In this document: positions 47,012 to 60,202 of the stretch, piece by piece
Layout: every line of letters begins with the position of its first letter
Numbering within the stretch: the stretch's first letter is position 1
NCBI GenBank assembly: GCA_041914905.1
Contig: JAYSCL010000001.1
Coordinates: 43,917 to 107,916 of the forward strand
Origin: Enterobacterales bacterium
GTDB lineage: Bacteria; Pseudomonadota; Gammaproteobacteria; Enterobacterales; Permianibacteraceae
Length of the DNA: 64,000 nt
Direction of reading: 5' to 3'
Translations under genes and position numbers: made by a program
The notes under the pieces: model-generated
Told to the model about the DNA's origin: nothing
Database searches by the model: none
The model's input: only the letters and a program-made list of their open reading frames with translations

Positions 47012-47110
47012 TTGATAAATATGGAAAAGGCCCTTTCGGGCCTTTTCATTTAGACGTCTATTTCCATTAATTGTGAGATTTATTTCCACATTCTGTGAGA
47101 TCCCACACTT
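47012..47110. repeat. Truncated copy of the MITE-like element, abutting the gyrB stop codon at the right boundary of the island.
   Basis: It is about 95 bp and near-identical (1 substitution, 1 small indel) to 15566-15666. It includes the same GGCCCTTTCGGGCCTTTT hairpin and the TTCCATTAATTGTGAGATTTATTTCCAC block. Confidence 0.55.
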
Positions 47111-47113
47111 ATG

Positions 47114-50657
<3,544 letters not shown>

Positions 50658-50728
50658 CTTGCTCGCATTCAGTTTGGCAGAAAGCAAAAACGGCAGACTG
50701 AGCTGCCGTTTTGGTCAATATTCATTGT

Positions 50729-51829
50729 TTACAACCGCATTGGCATCACAAGATACAGTGTACCGCTACTGCCCTGCTCTTCAGCCAAGGCTGAACTACT
50801 CGAATCAAGCAGCACAAAGCGTATGGATTCCCATCGAACGGCGTTAACAATATCCAGCAGATAATTCACGTTAAAACCGATCTCAAGGTCACCTGCGGAG
50901 TAATCGGCATCGACAACAACCTCCGCTTCTTCCTGCTCGGGGTTATTGGCAGTCAATTTGAGCACACCGGTACTGAGGTTCAACCGAACGCCGCGAAATT
51001 TCTCATTGCACAGAATGGCCACGCGACCCAAGGCTTCCTTCAACACTTCGCGATTGATGACCAGGTATTTGTCGCCATTACGTGGGATCACACGCTCATA
51101 TTCCGGAAACTTACCGTCAACGAGCTTCGACACAAAGTGATAATGTTCGGTTTGGATGCGAATATGGTTGCTACCAACGCTGATACGGATACTGGCATCG
51201 CTCGGTTCCAACAAACGCAGTAACTCAAGCACGCCTTTGCGCGGAATAATGACACCGAACTCTTCGCTACTATCAATGGCCTGCTTCGCGTCAGCAAGCG
51301 CCAGACGATGACCATCGGTGGATACCGTGCGCAAACGACCAGCTTTCAGTTCCAGAAACAAACCATTCATGTAATAGCGCACATCGCCTTGCGCGATGGC
51401 AAACTGCGTACGCTCCAATAAAGAGCGCAACTCCACTTGCGGCAGTTCAAAGCTCACGGTACCGACACCTTCTTCCAACGCCGGAAATTCCGCAGCGGGC
51501 AAGGTCGTCAACGTAAAACGGTTGTTACCGGAACGCAGCAATACCTTGTTTTCTTGCAAGCTGAAATTCAACTGGGCGGTATCAGGCAACGATTTCACGA
51601 TATCGAGCAATTTACGCGCAGGCACTGAAATCTCGCCCGGTTCGGCATTATCGAGCGGTACTTGCGCTTTCAATTCCACTTCGAGATCGGTGCCGGTCAT
51701 CAATAAACCTTGTTCTGTAACGGCTAACAGTACATTGCTCAAAATAGGCAATGTGCCTTTACGTTCAACGGCACCACATACCAACGATAACGCTGGAAAT
51801 AATTGTTCACGGGTTAACGAAAATTTCAT
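50729..51829 (-). CDS. dnaN: DNA polymerase III beta sliding clamp.
   Basis: The N-terminus MKFSLTREQLFPALSLVCGAVERKGTLPILSNVLL and the 366-aa length match DnaN. Confidence 0.95.
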   Translation of the reverse strand: MKFSLTREQLFPALSLVCGAVERKGTLPILSNVLLAVTEQGLLMTGTDLEVELKAQVPLDNAEPGEISVPARKLLDIVKSLPDTAQLNFSLQENKVLLRSGNNRFTLTTLPAAEFPALEEGVGTVSFELPQVELRSLLERTQFAIAQGDVRYYMNGLFLELKAGRLRTVSTDGHRLALADAKQAIDSSEEFGVIIPRKGVLELLRLLEPSDASIRISVGSNHIRIQTEHYHFVSKLVDGKFPEYERVIPRNGDKYLVINREVLKEALGRVAILCNEKFRGVRLNLSTGVLKLTANNPEQEEAEVVVDADYSAGDLEIGFNVNYLLDIVNAVRWESIRFVLLDSSSSALAEEQGSSGTLYLVMPMRL

Positions 51830-51855
51830 GATGAGCGCTTTTAGGTCATTAAGTT

Positions 51856-53208
51856 TTAGGCGGACAGTATACGTAACAAATTCGCGTAATCTTCGGTCAT
51901 GCTGCGATCACTGTCACGCAATTCTTTCACTTTACGGCAGGCATGCAGCACCGTCGTGTGATCTTTGCCACCAAACGATTCACCGATCTCCGGCAAAGAA
52001 TGATTGGTCAATTCTTTGGCCAAGGCCATGGCTACTTGCCGTGGGCGAGCGATTGAGCGTGAACGCCGTTTAGACATCAGATCGGACAATTTAATGCGGT
52101 AATACTCCGCGACGGTTTTCTGAATATTCTCTATCGTCACCATCTTTTCTTGCGCTGCAATTAAATCGCGCAACGCATCTTTGACCAGCTCGACTGTAAT
52201 CGCATGACCGGTAAAACGGGCATAAGCGGTGACCTTATTCAATGCGCCTTCCAGTTCACGGACATTGGAACGGATTCGTTTACCAATAAAAAACGCAACG
52301 TCTTGTGCCAGCTGCAAACCTTGCTTTTCCGCTTTGGCTTGCAAGATCGCGACACGCGTTTCCAAATCGGGGGGTTCGACAGCAACGGTTAAGCCCCAAC
52401 CAAAACGCGACTTCAAGCGATCATCGAGGTTGGCGACTTCTTTTGGATACTGATCACACGTCAAAACGATCTGACCATTGGACTCAAATAACGAATTGAA
52501 ATTATGAAAAAATTCTTCCTGCGAAAAATCTTTACCGGCCAAAAACTGAATATCATCGACCAACAAGCAATCCACTGAACGATAATTACGTTTGAATTGT
52601 TCAATAGTGTTTGTCTGCAATGCTTTGACCATGTCTTGCACATAACGCTCAGAACGTACGTAAACGACTTTGGCACCCGGACGATTTTTTTCGATGTAAT
52701 TGCCAATTGCCTGCATCAAATGGGATTTACCCAAGCCACTGGCACCATAGATAAACAACGGGTTGTAGGACTTCACCGGATTCTGTGCAACTTGCATTGC
52801 GGCGGCTTTGGCAACTTGATTTGATTTGCCTTCGACGAAATTATCGAAGACAAAATTAGGGTCAAGATTGCTGCGATGAGGCAAAGTCACCGGTTCGGCT
52901 ACGGCGCGAGGCAATTCAGCTACGGGCTTTTGCGTCACGGCGGTTTGGGCTGGTCGAACGGTGGTGGCCTGACGGCTATCGCCGACCATGACAAGGACCA
53001 CCGGTGCTTTGTCACCCTTGTTTTGCACCAACACATCCCGGATACGGGAGCTAAATCGTTCACGCACCCAATCCGCGACAAAACGATTCGGTGCAAACAA
53101 ACGCAATTCGGTTTCTGATTCCGTGGCCTGCAGTGGTCGAATGTACATACCAAACTCGTCCGGTTTGAGTTCGTCTTGCAAACGTTGCAGGCAGAGATTC
53201 CAGAGCAT
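51856..53208 (-). CDS. dnaA: Chromosomal replication initiator DnaA.
   Basis: The N-terminus [28 protein letters not shown] is DnaA-like. The AAA+ motif reads [20 protein letters not shown]-terminal DnaA-box-binding domain is present. Confidence 0.95.
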   Translation of the reverse strand: MLWNLCLQRLQDELKPDEFGMYIRPLQATESETELRLFAPNRFVADWVRERFSSRIRDVLVQNKGDKAPVVLVMVGDSRQATTVRPAQTAVTQKPVAELPRAVAEPVTLPHRSNLDPNFVFDNFVEGKSNQVAKAAAMQVAQNPVKSYNPLFIYGASGLGKSHLMQAIGNYIEKNRPGAKVVYVRSERYVQDMVKALQTNTIEQFKRNYRSVDCLLVDDIQFLAGKDFSQEEFFHNFNSLFESNGQIVLTCDQYPKEVANLDDRLKSRFGWGLTVAVEPPDLETRVAILQAKAEKQGLQLAQDVAFFIGKRIRSNVRELEGALNKVTAYARFTGHAITVELVKDALRDLIAAQEKMVTIENIQKTVAEYYRIKLSDLMSKRRSRSIARPRQVAMALAKELTNHSLPEIGESFGGKDHTTVLHACRKVKELRDSDRSMTEDYANLLRILSA

Positions 53209-53954
53209 GGCTATCCGTGTACAGGTCTTAGGGGATTATTTTCTTGTTTTGATCCCTTAGCGCTGATTCATCCACAGAGCCCAGTGCTAACGGGGTGCGA
53301 ATTGTGCGATCAGACGCTACCCAGCTGTCAAGACTTGATCATTTTGAGCAATTCTGGATCGTTAATCTGGGGGAAAGTATAAAAATTACCAATAAAACGA
53401 AATACTATTCACAGTAATAACAGCCTTAACCACGATTCCCCCCGTTTACGATAAAGTTACTAACAGACTTAAAATAAAAAATAAGCAATATTTTTCAATT
53501 AGTTAATTGACTTACAAACAGAACTTTACGCACTAATAGTTATTAACATAATTCTATTTTATTATTTAGTTAACCAAGATCTAAAACCTAAAAAACAAGG
53601 AAAACACAGTCGGAAAGCGTCAAAATAAAAAAAAATACTGAGCGAAACGGGAAAACGCTGTGGATAAATTCACGCGCAAGCGGACGCCAAAACTTTATGA
53701 ACAGAAAATAGCCTTGTTTTGGCCGAAAGTGCGTTCCACATACAAGCTATTGTGTTTTAAGGTTCACAAATAGCTATAGATAGCTTTACATGACGTTGCA
53801 AAAAGATCTAAGTATCGGAATTTCAAGGTTTTCTTGATCTTTGTGGAAACTTCAAAGTAGAATGCGCGCCCTTTTGAAGCACCTGGTCCTTGGACGGGGT
53901 GCCCTAGCGCGTCGAGCTTAACGGTTCGACGCCGAAGTTAAGCTGAGAGTTATC
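53209..53954. other. Probable chromosomal replication origin (dnaA-rpmH intergenic type) with dnaA promoter elements.
   Basis: The region is ~745 bp non-coding and contains a ~250-bp strongly AT-rich stretch (53390-53650). A perfect DnaA box TGTGGATAA lies at ~53661. Near-boxes include TCATCCACA at ~53271 and TGTGGAAAC at ~53841. Several GATC sites are present. Confidence 0.55.
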
Positions 53955-54089
53955 ATGAAACGTACCTTCCAACCGAGCAATCTGAAGCGTAAACGCGATC
54001 ACGGCTTCCGTGCCCGTATGGCTACCAAAAATGGTCGTCTGGTGTTGAAACGCCGTCGTGCCAAAGGCCGTAAGCGTTTAGCTGTCTAA
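53955..54089 (+). CDS. rpmH: 50S ribosomal protein L34.
   Basis: The 44-aa product [44 protein letters not shown] is below the ORF-track cutoff, so I read it directly from the sequence. Confidence 0.9.
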   Translation: MKRTFQPSNLKRKRDHGFRARMATKNGRLVLKRRRAKGRKRLAV

Positions 54090-54101
54090 ACCCACTAAGG
54101 T

Positions 54102-54476
54102 TTGGCGTCGATGGCAGCCTTCGCTTTTCCGAAAGCTGCCCGACTGTTACAACCGGCGGAATTCGAGTTCGTTTTTGCTAAGGCAGAAAGGCACTCGGCC
54201 GCCGGTTTAACCGTTTTGGCGCGAGCAAACGGTTTGTCCTCGGCACGCTTAGGTCTAGCAGTTGCCAAAAAAAATATTCCGAACGCTTCACAGCGCAATC
54301 GCCTGCGACGACTGGTTCGAGAATACTTTCGCTGCCACCGATCCCAATTGCCGGCCTGCGATCTGATTTTCATGGCGCGCGCAGGCAGCGACAAACTCGA
54401 CAATGCCGCCATTGTTGCGGCATTGACCCGCTGTTTTGGTGGTGTCATCAAAAATTCCGCTTTATCAGGATCTTAA
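54102..54476 (+). CDS. rnpA: RNase P protein component.
   Basis: The protein reads AFAFPKAARLLQPAEFEFVF...RLGLAVAKKNIPNASQRNRLRRLVRE and follows rpmH. Confidence 0.85.
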   Translation: MASMAAFAFPKAARLLQPAEFEFVFAKAERHSAAGLTVLARANGLSSARLGLAVAKKNIPNASQRNRLRRLVREYFRCHRSQLPACDLIFMARAGSDKLDNAAIVAALTRCFGGVIKNSALSGS

Positions 54477-54479
54477 AAC

Positions 54480-56138
54480 ATGCTTGAAACCCAACGTGGA
54501 TTTTTAGCGATAGCTTTTGCTGCGCTGAGCTTTTTCCTGTTTACGACCTGGCAAAGCGAAAGTAACAAAACAAAAACTGACGCTGTGCCGGAAAAAGTCG
54601 TTGCATCAGTGACGGAACAGCACGATGTGCCGCCGGCAGCAGAAACCCCGGTCGCCAGTGATGCCGACGTCCCCGCAGCCACAACGGAAAAAGTTGAAGT
54701 GGTAAGTGTTGTCAGCGCTAACCGTTACACCACCTTGCAAAATGATGTACTGCGTATCGTCATCGATCGCGTGGGTGGCGACATCGTCGAAGCCGACTTG
54801 CTTAGTTACAAAGAAAGCATTGATGCCGAATCCAAACCAATCCGTATTCTGCATAACAGCAATAACCGCGTTTATGTCGCCCAGACCGGTATAGCGGGCA
54901 AAAATGGCCCCGATGGTAACGGCCGTGGTGAATACCAAGTTGCGGTAAACAATGACAACACCGAAGCGACGCTAACCTGGACTGGTACAACGGGCATCGT
55001 CGTCAAAAAGTTAATCAGCCTAAGTCCGGGTAGCCATTCGGTTGCAGTGCGCTATACCGTGCACAATCAAAGCAGCGACACTTTCACTGGCCAGATATTC
55101 ACGCAATTCAAACGTGACCGTTTTGCACCGACGGCCTCAATCACACAGATTGGTACTTACACTGGTGCCGCCTATGGCACCACTGAAAAGCGCTACAACA
55201 AGTACAGCTTCGATGATATGGATGAACAAGAACTCAAAACCGTTACCGACGGTGGTTGGGTTGCGTATATGCAGCACTATTTCCTGACCGCTTGGGTGCC
55301 GGGCAGTCCACAGGGCAACGAAATTTCGACGCGGGTGCAAGCCGACAAAAAAGCCATCATCGGTCTGTTGCAACCGGCCTTCACAGTGGCGGCCGGCGAA
55401 ACAATCGAACAAGCCGCGACATTGTATATTGGCCCCAAGATCCAAGCCGATTTGGAGAAGATCGCCACTGGATTGGATCTGACGGTTGATTACGGCATCC
55501 TCTGGTGGATCGGTCAGCCGCTGTTCTGGTTCCTGTCAAAATTGTTTGCGCTGTTTGGTAACTGGGGTATCGCCATTATTCTGGTCACGATCACGGTGAA
55601 AGCGCTGCTTTATCCCTTGTCGAATGCGCAATACCGCAGCTTTGCCAAAATGCGCAAACTGCAGCCAAAACTAGAAGCACTAAAAGAACGTCACGGTGAC
55701 GACCGTCAGGCCTTTGGTCAGGCGATGATGGAGCTGTACAAAAAAGAGAAAGTAAACCCGCTCGGTGGTTGCTTCCCGCTGTTACTGCAAATGCCGGTGT
55801 TCTTTGCGTTGTACTGGGTTTTGCTCGAAAGCGTCGAAATGCGTCAGGCCCCGTTCTTTGGCTGGATCCATGATTTGTCGGTGATGGACCCGTACTATGT
55901 ACTGCCGTTGTTAATGGGCATCAGCATGTGGTTTATGCAAAAACTACAGCCGGTCAGCCCGACAATGGATCCGATGCAGCAAAAAATGATGCAGTACATG
56001 CCCGTGCTGATGACCGTATTCTTCATTTGGGCACCGGCGGGTCTGGTGCTGTACTGGTTCTTCAACAATCTGTTGTCGATTGCACAGCAGTGGTACATCA
56101 CCAAACGCATCGAAGCCGAAGACGGCAAAAAGAAATAA
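54480..56138 (+). CDS. yidC: Membrane protein insertase YidC.
   Basis: It is 552 aa, with an N-terminal TM helix, a large periplasmic domain and a conserved C-terminal 5-TM core (GCFPLLLQMPVFFALYWVL). Confidence 0.9.
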   Translation: MLETQRGFLAIAFAALSFFLFTTWQSESNKTKTDAVPEKVVASVTEQHDVPPAAETPVASDADVPAATTEKVEVVSVVSANRYTTLQNDVLRIVIDRVGGDIVEADLLSYKESIDAESKPIRILHNSNNRVYVAQTGIAGKNGPDGNGRGEYQVAVNNDNTEATLTWTGTTGIVVKKLISLSPGSHSVAVRYTVHNQSSDTFTGQIFTQFKRDRFAPTASITQIGTYTGAAYGTTEKRYNKYSFDDMDEQELKTVTDGGWVAYMQHYFLTAWVPGSPQGNEISTRVQADKKAIIGLLQPAFTVAAGETIEQAATLYIGPKIQADLEKIATGLDLTVDYGILWWIGQPLFWFLSKLFALFGNWGIAIILVTITVKALLYPLSNAQYRSFAKMRKLQPKLEALKERHGDDRQAFGQAMMELYKKEKVNPLGGCFPLLLQMPVFFALYWVLLESVEMRQAPFFGWIHDLSVMDPYYVLPLLMGISMWFMQKLQPVSPTMDPMQQKMMQYMPVLMTVFFIWAPAGLVLYWFFNNLLSIAQQWYITKRIEAEDGKKK

Positions 56139-56145
56139 AGTGAAG

Positions 56146-56170
56146 AGCCCGCGGAAGCGGGCTTTTTTCT
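56146..56170 (+). terminator. Rho-independent terminator after yidC.
   Basis: An AGCCCGCGGAAGCGGGCT hairpin is followed by TTTTTT. Confidence 0.6.
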
Positions 56171-56245
56171 AAGCTGTAGAAATGGCATTTGGCGCCTTCT
56201 TGAAAAGAGCGGTTTGACGCGTCTGCTCTGCCGACAGCACTATGG

Positions 56246-57607
56246 GTGATTTTGATCATGATAAAGACCCGCGACACCATCGCCGCGATCGCGACCGCAC
56301 CCGGAAAAGGGGGGGTCGGTGTCATTCGCATTTCGGGCGACAAGTCGCTCACGATTGCAGAAGCCATCACACATAAAACCGCCACTGCCCGCCAAGCGCA
56401 CTACCGACGTTTTTTTGATCAAGAGAATAATGTACTTGATCACGGCATTTTGCTGTTTTTCCCTGGCCCCAATTCTTTTACCGGCGAAGACGTTATCGAG
56501 CTGCAAGGCCATGGTGGACCCGTCATTCTCGATCTCATTTTGCAACGCGTGTTGGCACTGGGTGCGCGAATCGCGCGACCCGGTGAATTTTCCGAACGCG
56601 CCTTCTTAAATAATAAAATCGATTTGGCTCAAGCCGAAGCGATCGCCGATCTGATCAACGCACAATCACAGCAGTCCGCAAAACTAGCGATGCGATCGCT
56701 CGATGGACAGTTTTCACAGCAGATACATACGCTCGTCAAAAAACTGATTTATCTGCGCATGTATGTCGAAGCCGCAATTGATTTTCCAGAAGAAGAAATC
56801 GACTTTTTATCCGACGGAAAAGTGCAAAAACTGACACAGGATCTGCAGCGCCATTTCGTTGAATTGCTGCGTGCTTGCCAACACGGAAGTGTGTTGCGCG
56901 AAGGTATTCATGTCGTGATTGCTGGCAAACCCAACGCGGGAAAATCCAGCCTGCTCAATGCGCTTTGTGGTCGTGACAGTGCCATCGTTACGGATATTCC
57001 CGGCACCACGCGTGATCTGTTGCGCGAACATATAGTGCTGGATGGTTTGCCGATACATTTAATTGACACGGCCGGTTTGCGTGAAGCGCACGATCGTGTC
57101 GAACAGATCGGCATTGAACGTGCGCAACAGGCGATTCAACAAGCGGATGTCATCTTGCTGGTTGTCGATGCGAGCACAACGACGGAGTCCGATCCTAAAA
57201 CATTATGGCCTCTGCCCTCCGCACTTCCGGCCAAAGACATTATTGTTGTTCACAACAAAATCGATCAAACCACGCGCCGCGCAGGCAAGTTGTCTCATCA
57301 ACACATCGCACTGTCGGCTCAAAGTGGCGAAGGTCTCAATGACCTGATTACTCTGTTAAAACAACACGCCGGTCTTGGCAACAATGACGAAAGCCTGTTT
57401 CTGGCACGTCGTCGACACATCGATGCAATTCAACATGCGCAAGACCACGTTGAAACCGGACTAAATGAATTGCAGAAACGCCGCGCTGGTGAATTGCTCG
57501 CTGAAAATTTACGGCTTGCACAACAACACCTGAATGAAATCACCGGCGAATTCAGCAGTGATGATCTGCTTGGGCGAATCTTTTCGTCGTTCTGCATTGG
57601 TAAATAA
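56246..57607 (+). CDS. mnmE: tRNA modification GTPase MnmE (TrmE). The probable start is the Met at 56258.
   Basis: The protein reads [24 protein letters not shown]. The G-domain reads [18 protein letters not shown]. It ends with the C-terminal CIGK. Confidence 0.9.
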   Translation: MILIMIKTRDTIAAIATAPGKGGVGVIRISGDKSLTIAEAITHKTATARQAHYRRFFDQENNVLDHGILLFFPGPNSFTGEDVIELQGHGGPVILDLILQRVLALGARIARPGEFSERAFLNNKIDLAQAEAIADLINAQSQQSAKLAMRSLDGQFSQQIHTLVKKLIYLRMYVEAAIDFPEEEIDFLSDGKVQKLTQDLQRHFVELLRACQHGSVLREGIHVVIAGKPNAGKSSLLNALCGRDSAIVTDIPGTTRDLLREHIVLDGLPIHLIDTAGLREAHDRVEQIGIERAQQAIQQADVILLVVDASTTTESDPKTLWPLPSALPAKDIIVVHNKIDQTTRRAGKLSHQHIALSAQSGEGLNDLITLLKQHAGLGNNDESLFLARRRHIDAIQHAQDHVETGLNELQKRRAGELLAENLRLAQQHLNEITGEFSSDDLLGRIFSSFCIGK

Positions 57608-57609
57608 CC

Positions 57610-58431
57610 ATGCGATCAGCTTTATTGGCGATCGCGCTGTGGTCCAGCTTGACTAGCTTGATTGTCCTTGTTGGCGCAATACCACCATTCTTATTGACCG
57701 GTTTGGGGTTAATTTTAGGTGCCTGCTTTTTGCTACCGTGGTGGAAACAGTGGCGAGTAACGATCGACGTATTTGTACTGGGTAGTGTAGCGCTATTCAT
57801 CTATCATGCGGCGTTGTTCACAGCGTTACAAACAGCGCCGGTTGTCAGTGCTAATTTGATCAACTATCTGTGGCCGCTATTGATTGTGCTGTTGGCGCCG
57901 TTAATTGATCAGCGTTCAATCTGGAGCGGGCGCAGCATTTTGGCGGCGCTGTTAGGTTTTTTAGGCGCTGCGTTAGTGATAAGCGGTGAGCGCGAACTGA
58001 CTTGGTCAGTATCAGCCATTAGCGGCTACTTACTGGCCTTTTTCGCAGCGGTGACTTGGGCTGTTTATAGTTTATTGCTGAAACGAATGCGCCCATTTGC
58101 AAGCGCTGCCGTAGGTGGTTTTAATTTGGCTGCCGGCACAATGTCGTTGCTGGTGTCGGTGCACTACGAAAATTGGCCGGCGTTCAACACAAATCAATGC
58201 ATGGTGTTATTGCTGATTGCGCTGGGGCCCTTGGGTTTCGCGTTCTATTTTTGGGATCACGCCGCAAAAACACTACCAGCAAAAAAACTGGGAACCTTGA
58301 GTTTTTTTACGCCGGTACTATCAACGAGTTTTCTTTTATTGCTGCAAGGCCAGCTTCCCGGAGTAACAGTTGTTTTGGGTGCGACATTAGTTGTTTTCGC
58401 CAGCGCAATCGCACTCTTTTCAAAGGAATAG
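57610..58431 (+). CDS. Integral membrane protein, DMT/EamA-like transporter (putative).
   Basis: It is 273 aa and almost entirely TM helices. It starts 3 nt after the mnmE stop. Confidence 0.4.
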   Translation: MRSALLAIALWSSLTSLIVLVGAIPPFLLTGLGLILGACFLLPWWKQWRVTIDVFVLGSVALFIYHAALFTALQTAPVVSANLINYLWPLLIVLLAPLIDQRSIWSGRSILAALLGFLGAALVISGERELTWSVSAISGYLLAFFAAVTWAVYSLLLKRMRPFASAAVGGFNLAAGTMSLLVSVHYENWPAFNTNQCMVLLLIALGPLGFAFYFWDHAAKTLPAKKLGTLSFFTPVLSTSFLLLLQGQLPGVTVVLGATLVVFASAIALFSKE

Positions 58432-58453
58432 ACAGTCTGATTTTCTGACGTAA

Positions 58454-58876
58454 TCAAAACGTCGATAATATCGAGTAAACCCCTATCGCCACCGCCGCGC
58501 CAACGACTATACCAGCAGCAATTTCCACTTTGCTGTGTCCGATGCGCTCACGCAATGTATGACGATCGGATTGATTCGCCATCAACAAATTAATCGCGCT
58601 GGCCTGCAAACCGATTTGGCGACGCAAACTGTTTGCATCCAACAGGACAATAAACGCCAACGTAATCGCGACACCAAAAGCGGGATGCGCGATACCCTCA
58701 CGTAGAGCGATTAAAACGGCGGTACTGCTGACGATTGCACTGTGATTGCTGGGTAAACCACCATAACCGATTAAACCAAAGGCAAGCTGCCCTGCGCGAA
58801 TGCTGTTGATCAAAAACTTTAACGATCCGGCAACTGCCCATGCCAAAAAAGGTGTCACCAAATAACTGATATCCAT
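58454..58876 (-). CDS. Divergent PAP2-family membrane phosphatase, the candidate decaprenyl-phospho-ribose-5-phosphate phosphatase counterpart.
   Basis: PAP2-like motifs are present (KFLINSIRAGQ...YGGLPSNHSA...SLRRQ). Its start overlaps the UbiA-family gene's stop at 58876. Confidence 0.55.
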   Translation of the reverse strand: MDISYLVTPFLAWAVAGSLKFLINSIRAGQLAFGLIGYGGLPSNHSAIVSSTAVLIALREGIAHPAFGVAITLAFIVLLDANSLRRQIGLQASAINLLMANQSDRHTLRERIGHSKVEIAAGIVVGAAVAIGVYSILSTF

Positions 58877-59763
58877 TACACACTCCCCGTTGGCAACATG
58901 GCCCAAATACAGACACCGATCCACAACGCTAAAGTGACCAGCAACTGCCAATCTTCGAGCACCGCGTCGGTGGGTGATTCACCTTCGTCATGTTGTTCAA
59001 CCACATACCAATAACGAAACAAACCGAACAACACCAATGGAACCGTTGCGACCAAGGCAGGTCGCGATGCCATCACAAACAAACTGTAAAACACCAGTGT
59101 CATCGTACCGGCCATTTCGGCATAGCGATCGACGAGAGAAGGCGAATAACGCTCCAGCACCCGTCGCGCTTCACTGCCACTGTTATTCAGTTCCTGCCGT
59201 CGTTTCACGGCAGCCAAATACAGAGCAATGCTCAAGGTAGTAACGAACATCCATGATGAAAGCGGTACCGCCAAGGCTACCGCGCCGGCATAGACACGCA
59301 AGACGAAACCAACGGCGATGGTAAAAATATCAATAACCGGTTGATGCTTTAACACGTAGGTATAGGCAAGGTTCAGCACCATATAGCCGATCAACACGAG
59401 CACGACATCCGCGGCAAACGACCAGGTCAAGGCCAGTAACAAATACAAAAACAACAACAAGCTGAGGGCCAACGGACGCGTAACAACGCCACTCGCCAAA
59501 GGTCTTTTTTTGGCCTTTACCGGATGCTTACGATCCCGCTCAATATCATGCCAATCATTGATGATATAGGTTGCTGATGAGGCAATACAAAACAGCACGG
59601 CAGCGGTCAGTGCGGCCCATACTGAACTCAGGCGCATAAACTCACCGGCAAACAAGAGTGGCGCTAGCACAAAGCCGTTTTTTATCCACTGCTTTGGACG
59701 TAACAACTGAATCAAACCCCAGGCCCGAGCTAGAGGCGTTACAGTGACTTCGGTATCATGCAT
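58876..59763 (-). CDS. UbiA-family prenyltransferase resembling decaprenyl-phosphate phosphoribosyltransferase (DPPR synthase).
   Basis: It is a multi-TM protein. The aspartate-rich motif reads NDWHDIERDRKHPVKAKKRPLASG, a UbiA N-D-x-x-D-x-x-x-D pattern. Confidence 0.6.
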   Translation of the reverse strand: MHDTEVTVTPLARAWGLIQLLRPKQWIKNGFVLAPLLFAGEFMRLSSVWAALTAAVLFCIASSATYIINDWHDIERDRKHPVKAKKRPLASGVVTRPLALSLLLFLYLLLALTWSFAADVVLVLIGYMVLNLAYTYVLKHQPVIDIFTIAVGFVLRVYAGAVALAVPLSSWMFVTTLSIALYLAAVKRRQELNNSGSEARRVLERYSPSLVDRYAEMAGTMTLVFYSLFVMASRPALVATVPLVLFGLFRYWYVVEQHDEGESPTDAVLEDWQLLVTLALWIGVCIWAMLPTGSV

Positions 59764-59797
59764 CTCTTTTGGCCTTGGCGGTCAACTGACTGACAGA

Positions 59798-60202
59798 ATG
59801 ATCAAATTAGCATTCAATTATGCGGCGTTTGCCTGCATCGCGATCATAGCGAACATTCTATCGCAAGACCTGTTCACCCGCATTTATCACGGGCCGTGGG
59901 CCGTTGCACTGTCGGTCTTAGTGGGTACCGGTGTTGGTTTGGTCGTCAAATATGTGTTGGATAAACAATATATTTTTCGCTTTAAACCCGCGAATCGCGC
60001 TGAAAACGGTCGTGCATTTGTGCTTTATGCTGTGATGGGATTGATCACGACAGCGATCTTTTGGGGATTTGAGTTTGCCTTCGACTATCTGTTTGATAAC
60101 AAAACGATGCGATATGTTGGAGGTATTATCGGCCTCGTCATTGGTTACATCAGCAAATATCAGCTCGACAAACGATATGTGTTTCGTGGTGACAGTCGAT
60201 GA
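59798..60202 (+). CDS. GtrA-family small membrane protein (lipid-linked sugar flippase-like). The ORF opens at 59744.
   Basis: It has four TM helices. The C-terminus KYQLDKRYVFRG is typical of GtrA. It overlaps the next gene (ATGA). Confidence 0.5.
   Translation: MIKLAFNYAAFACIAIIANILSQDLFTRIYHGPWAVALSVLVGTGVGLVVKYVLDKQYIFRFKPANRAENGRAFVLYAVMGLITTAIFWGFEFAFDYLFDNKTMRYVGGIIGLVIGYISKYQLDKRYVFRGDSR

Noticed and set aside
54476-54480. An expected small yidD gene between rnpA and yidC.
   Set aside because: rnpA ends at 54476 and yidC starts at 54480, leaving no room. No overlapping small ORF with YidD-like sequence was seen, so yidD is probably absent here or elsewhere in the genome.
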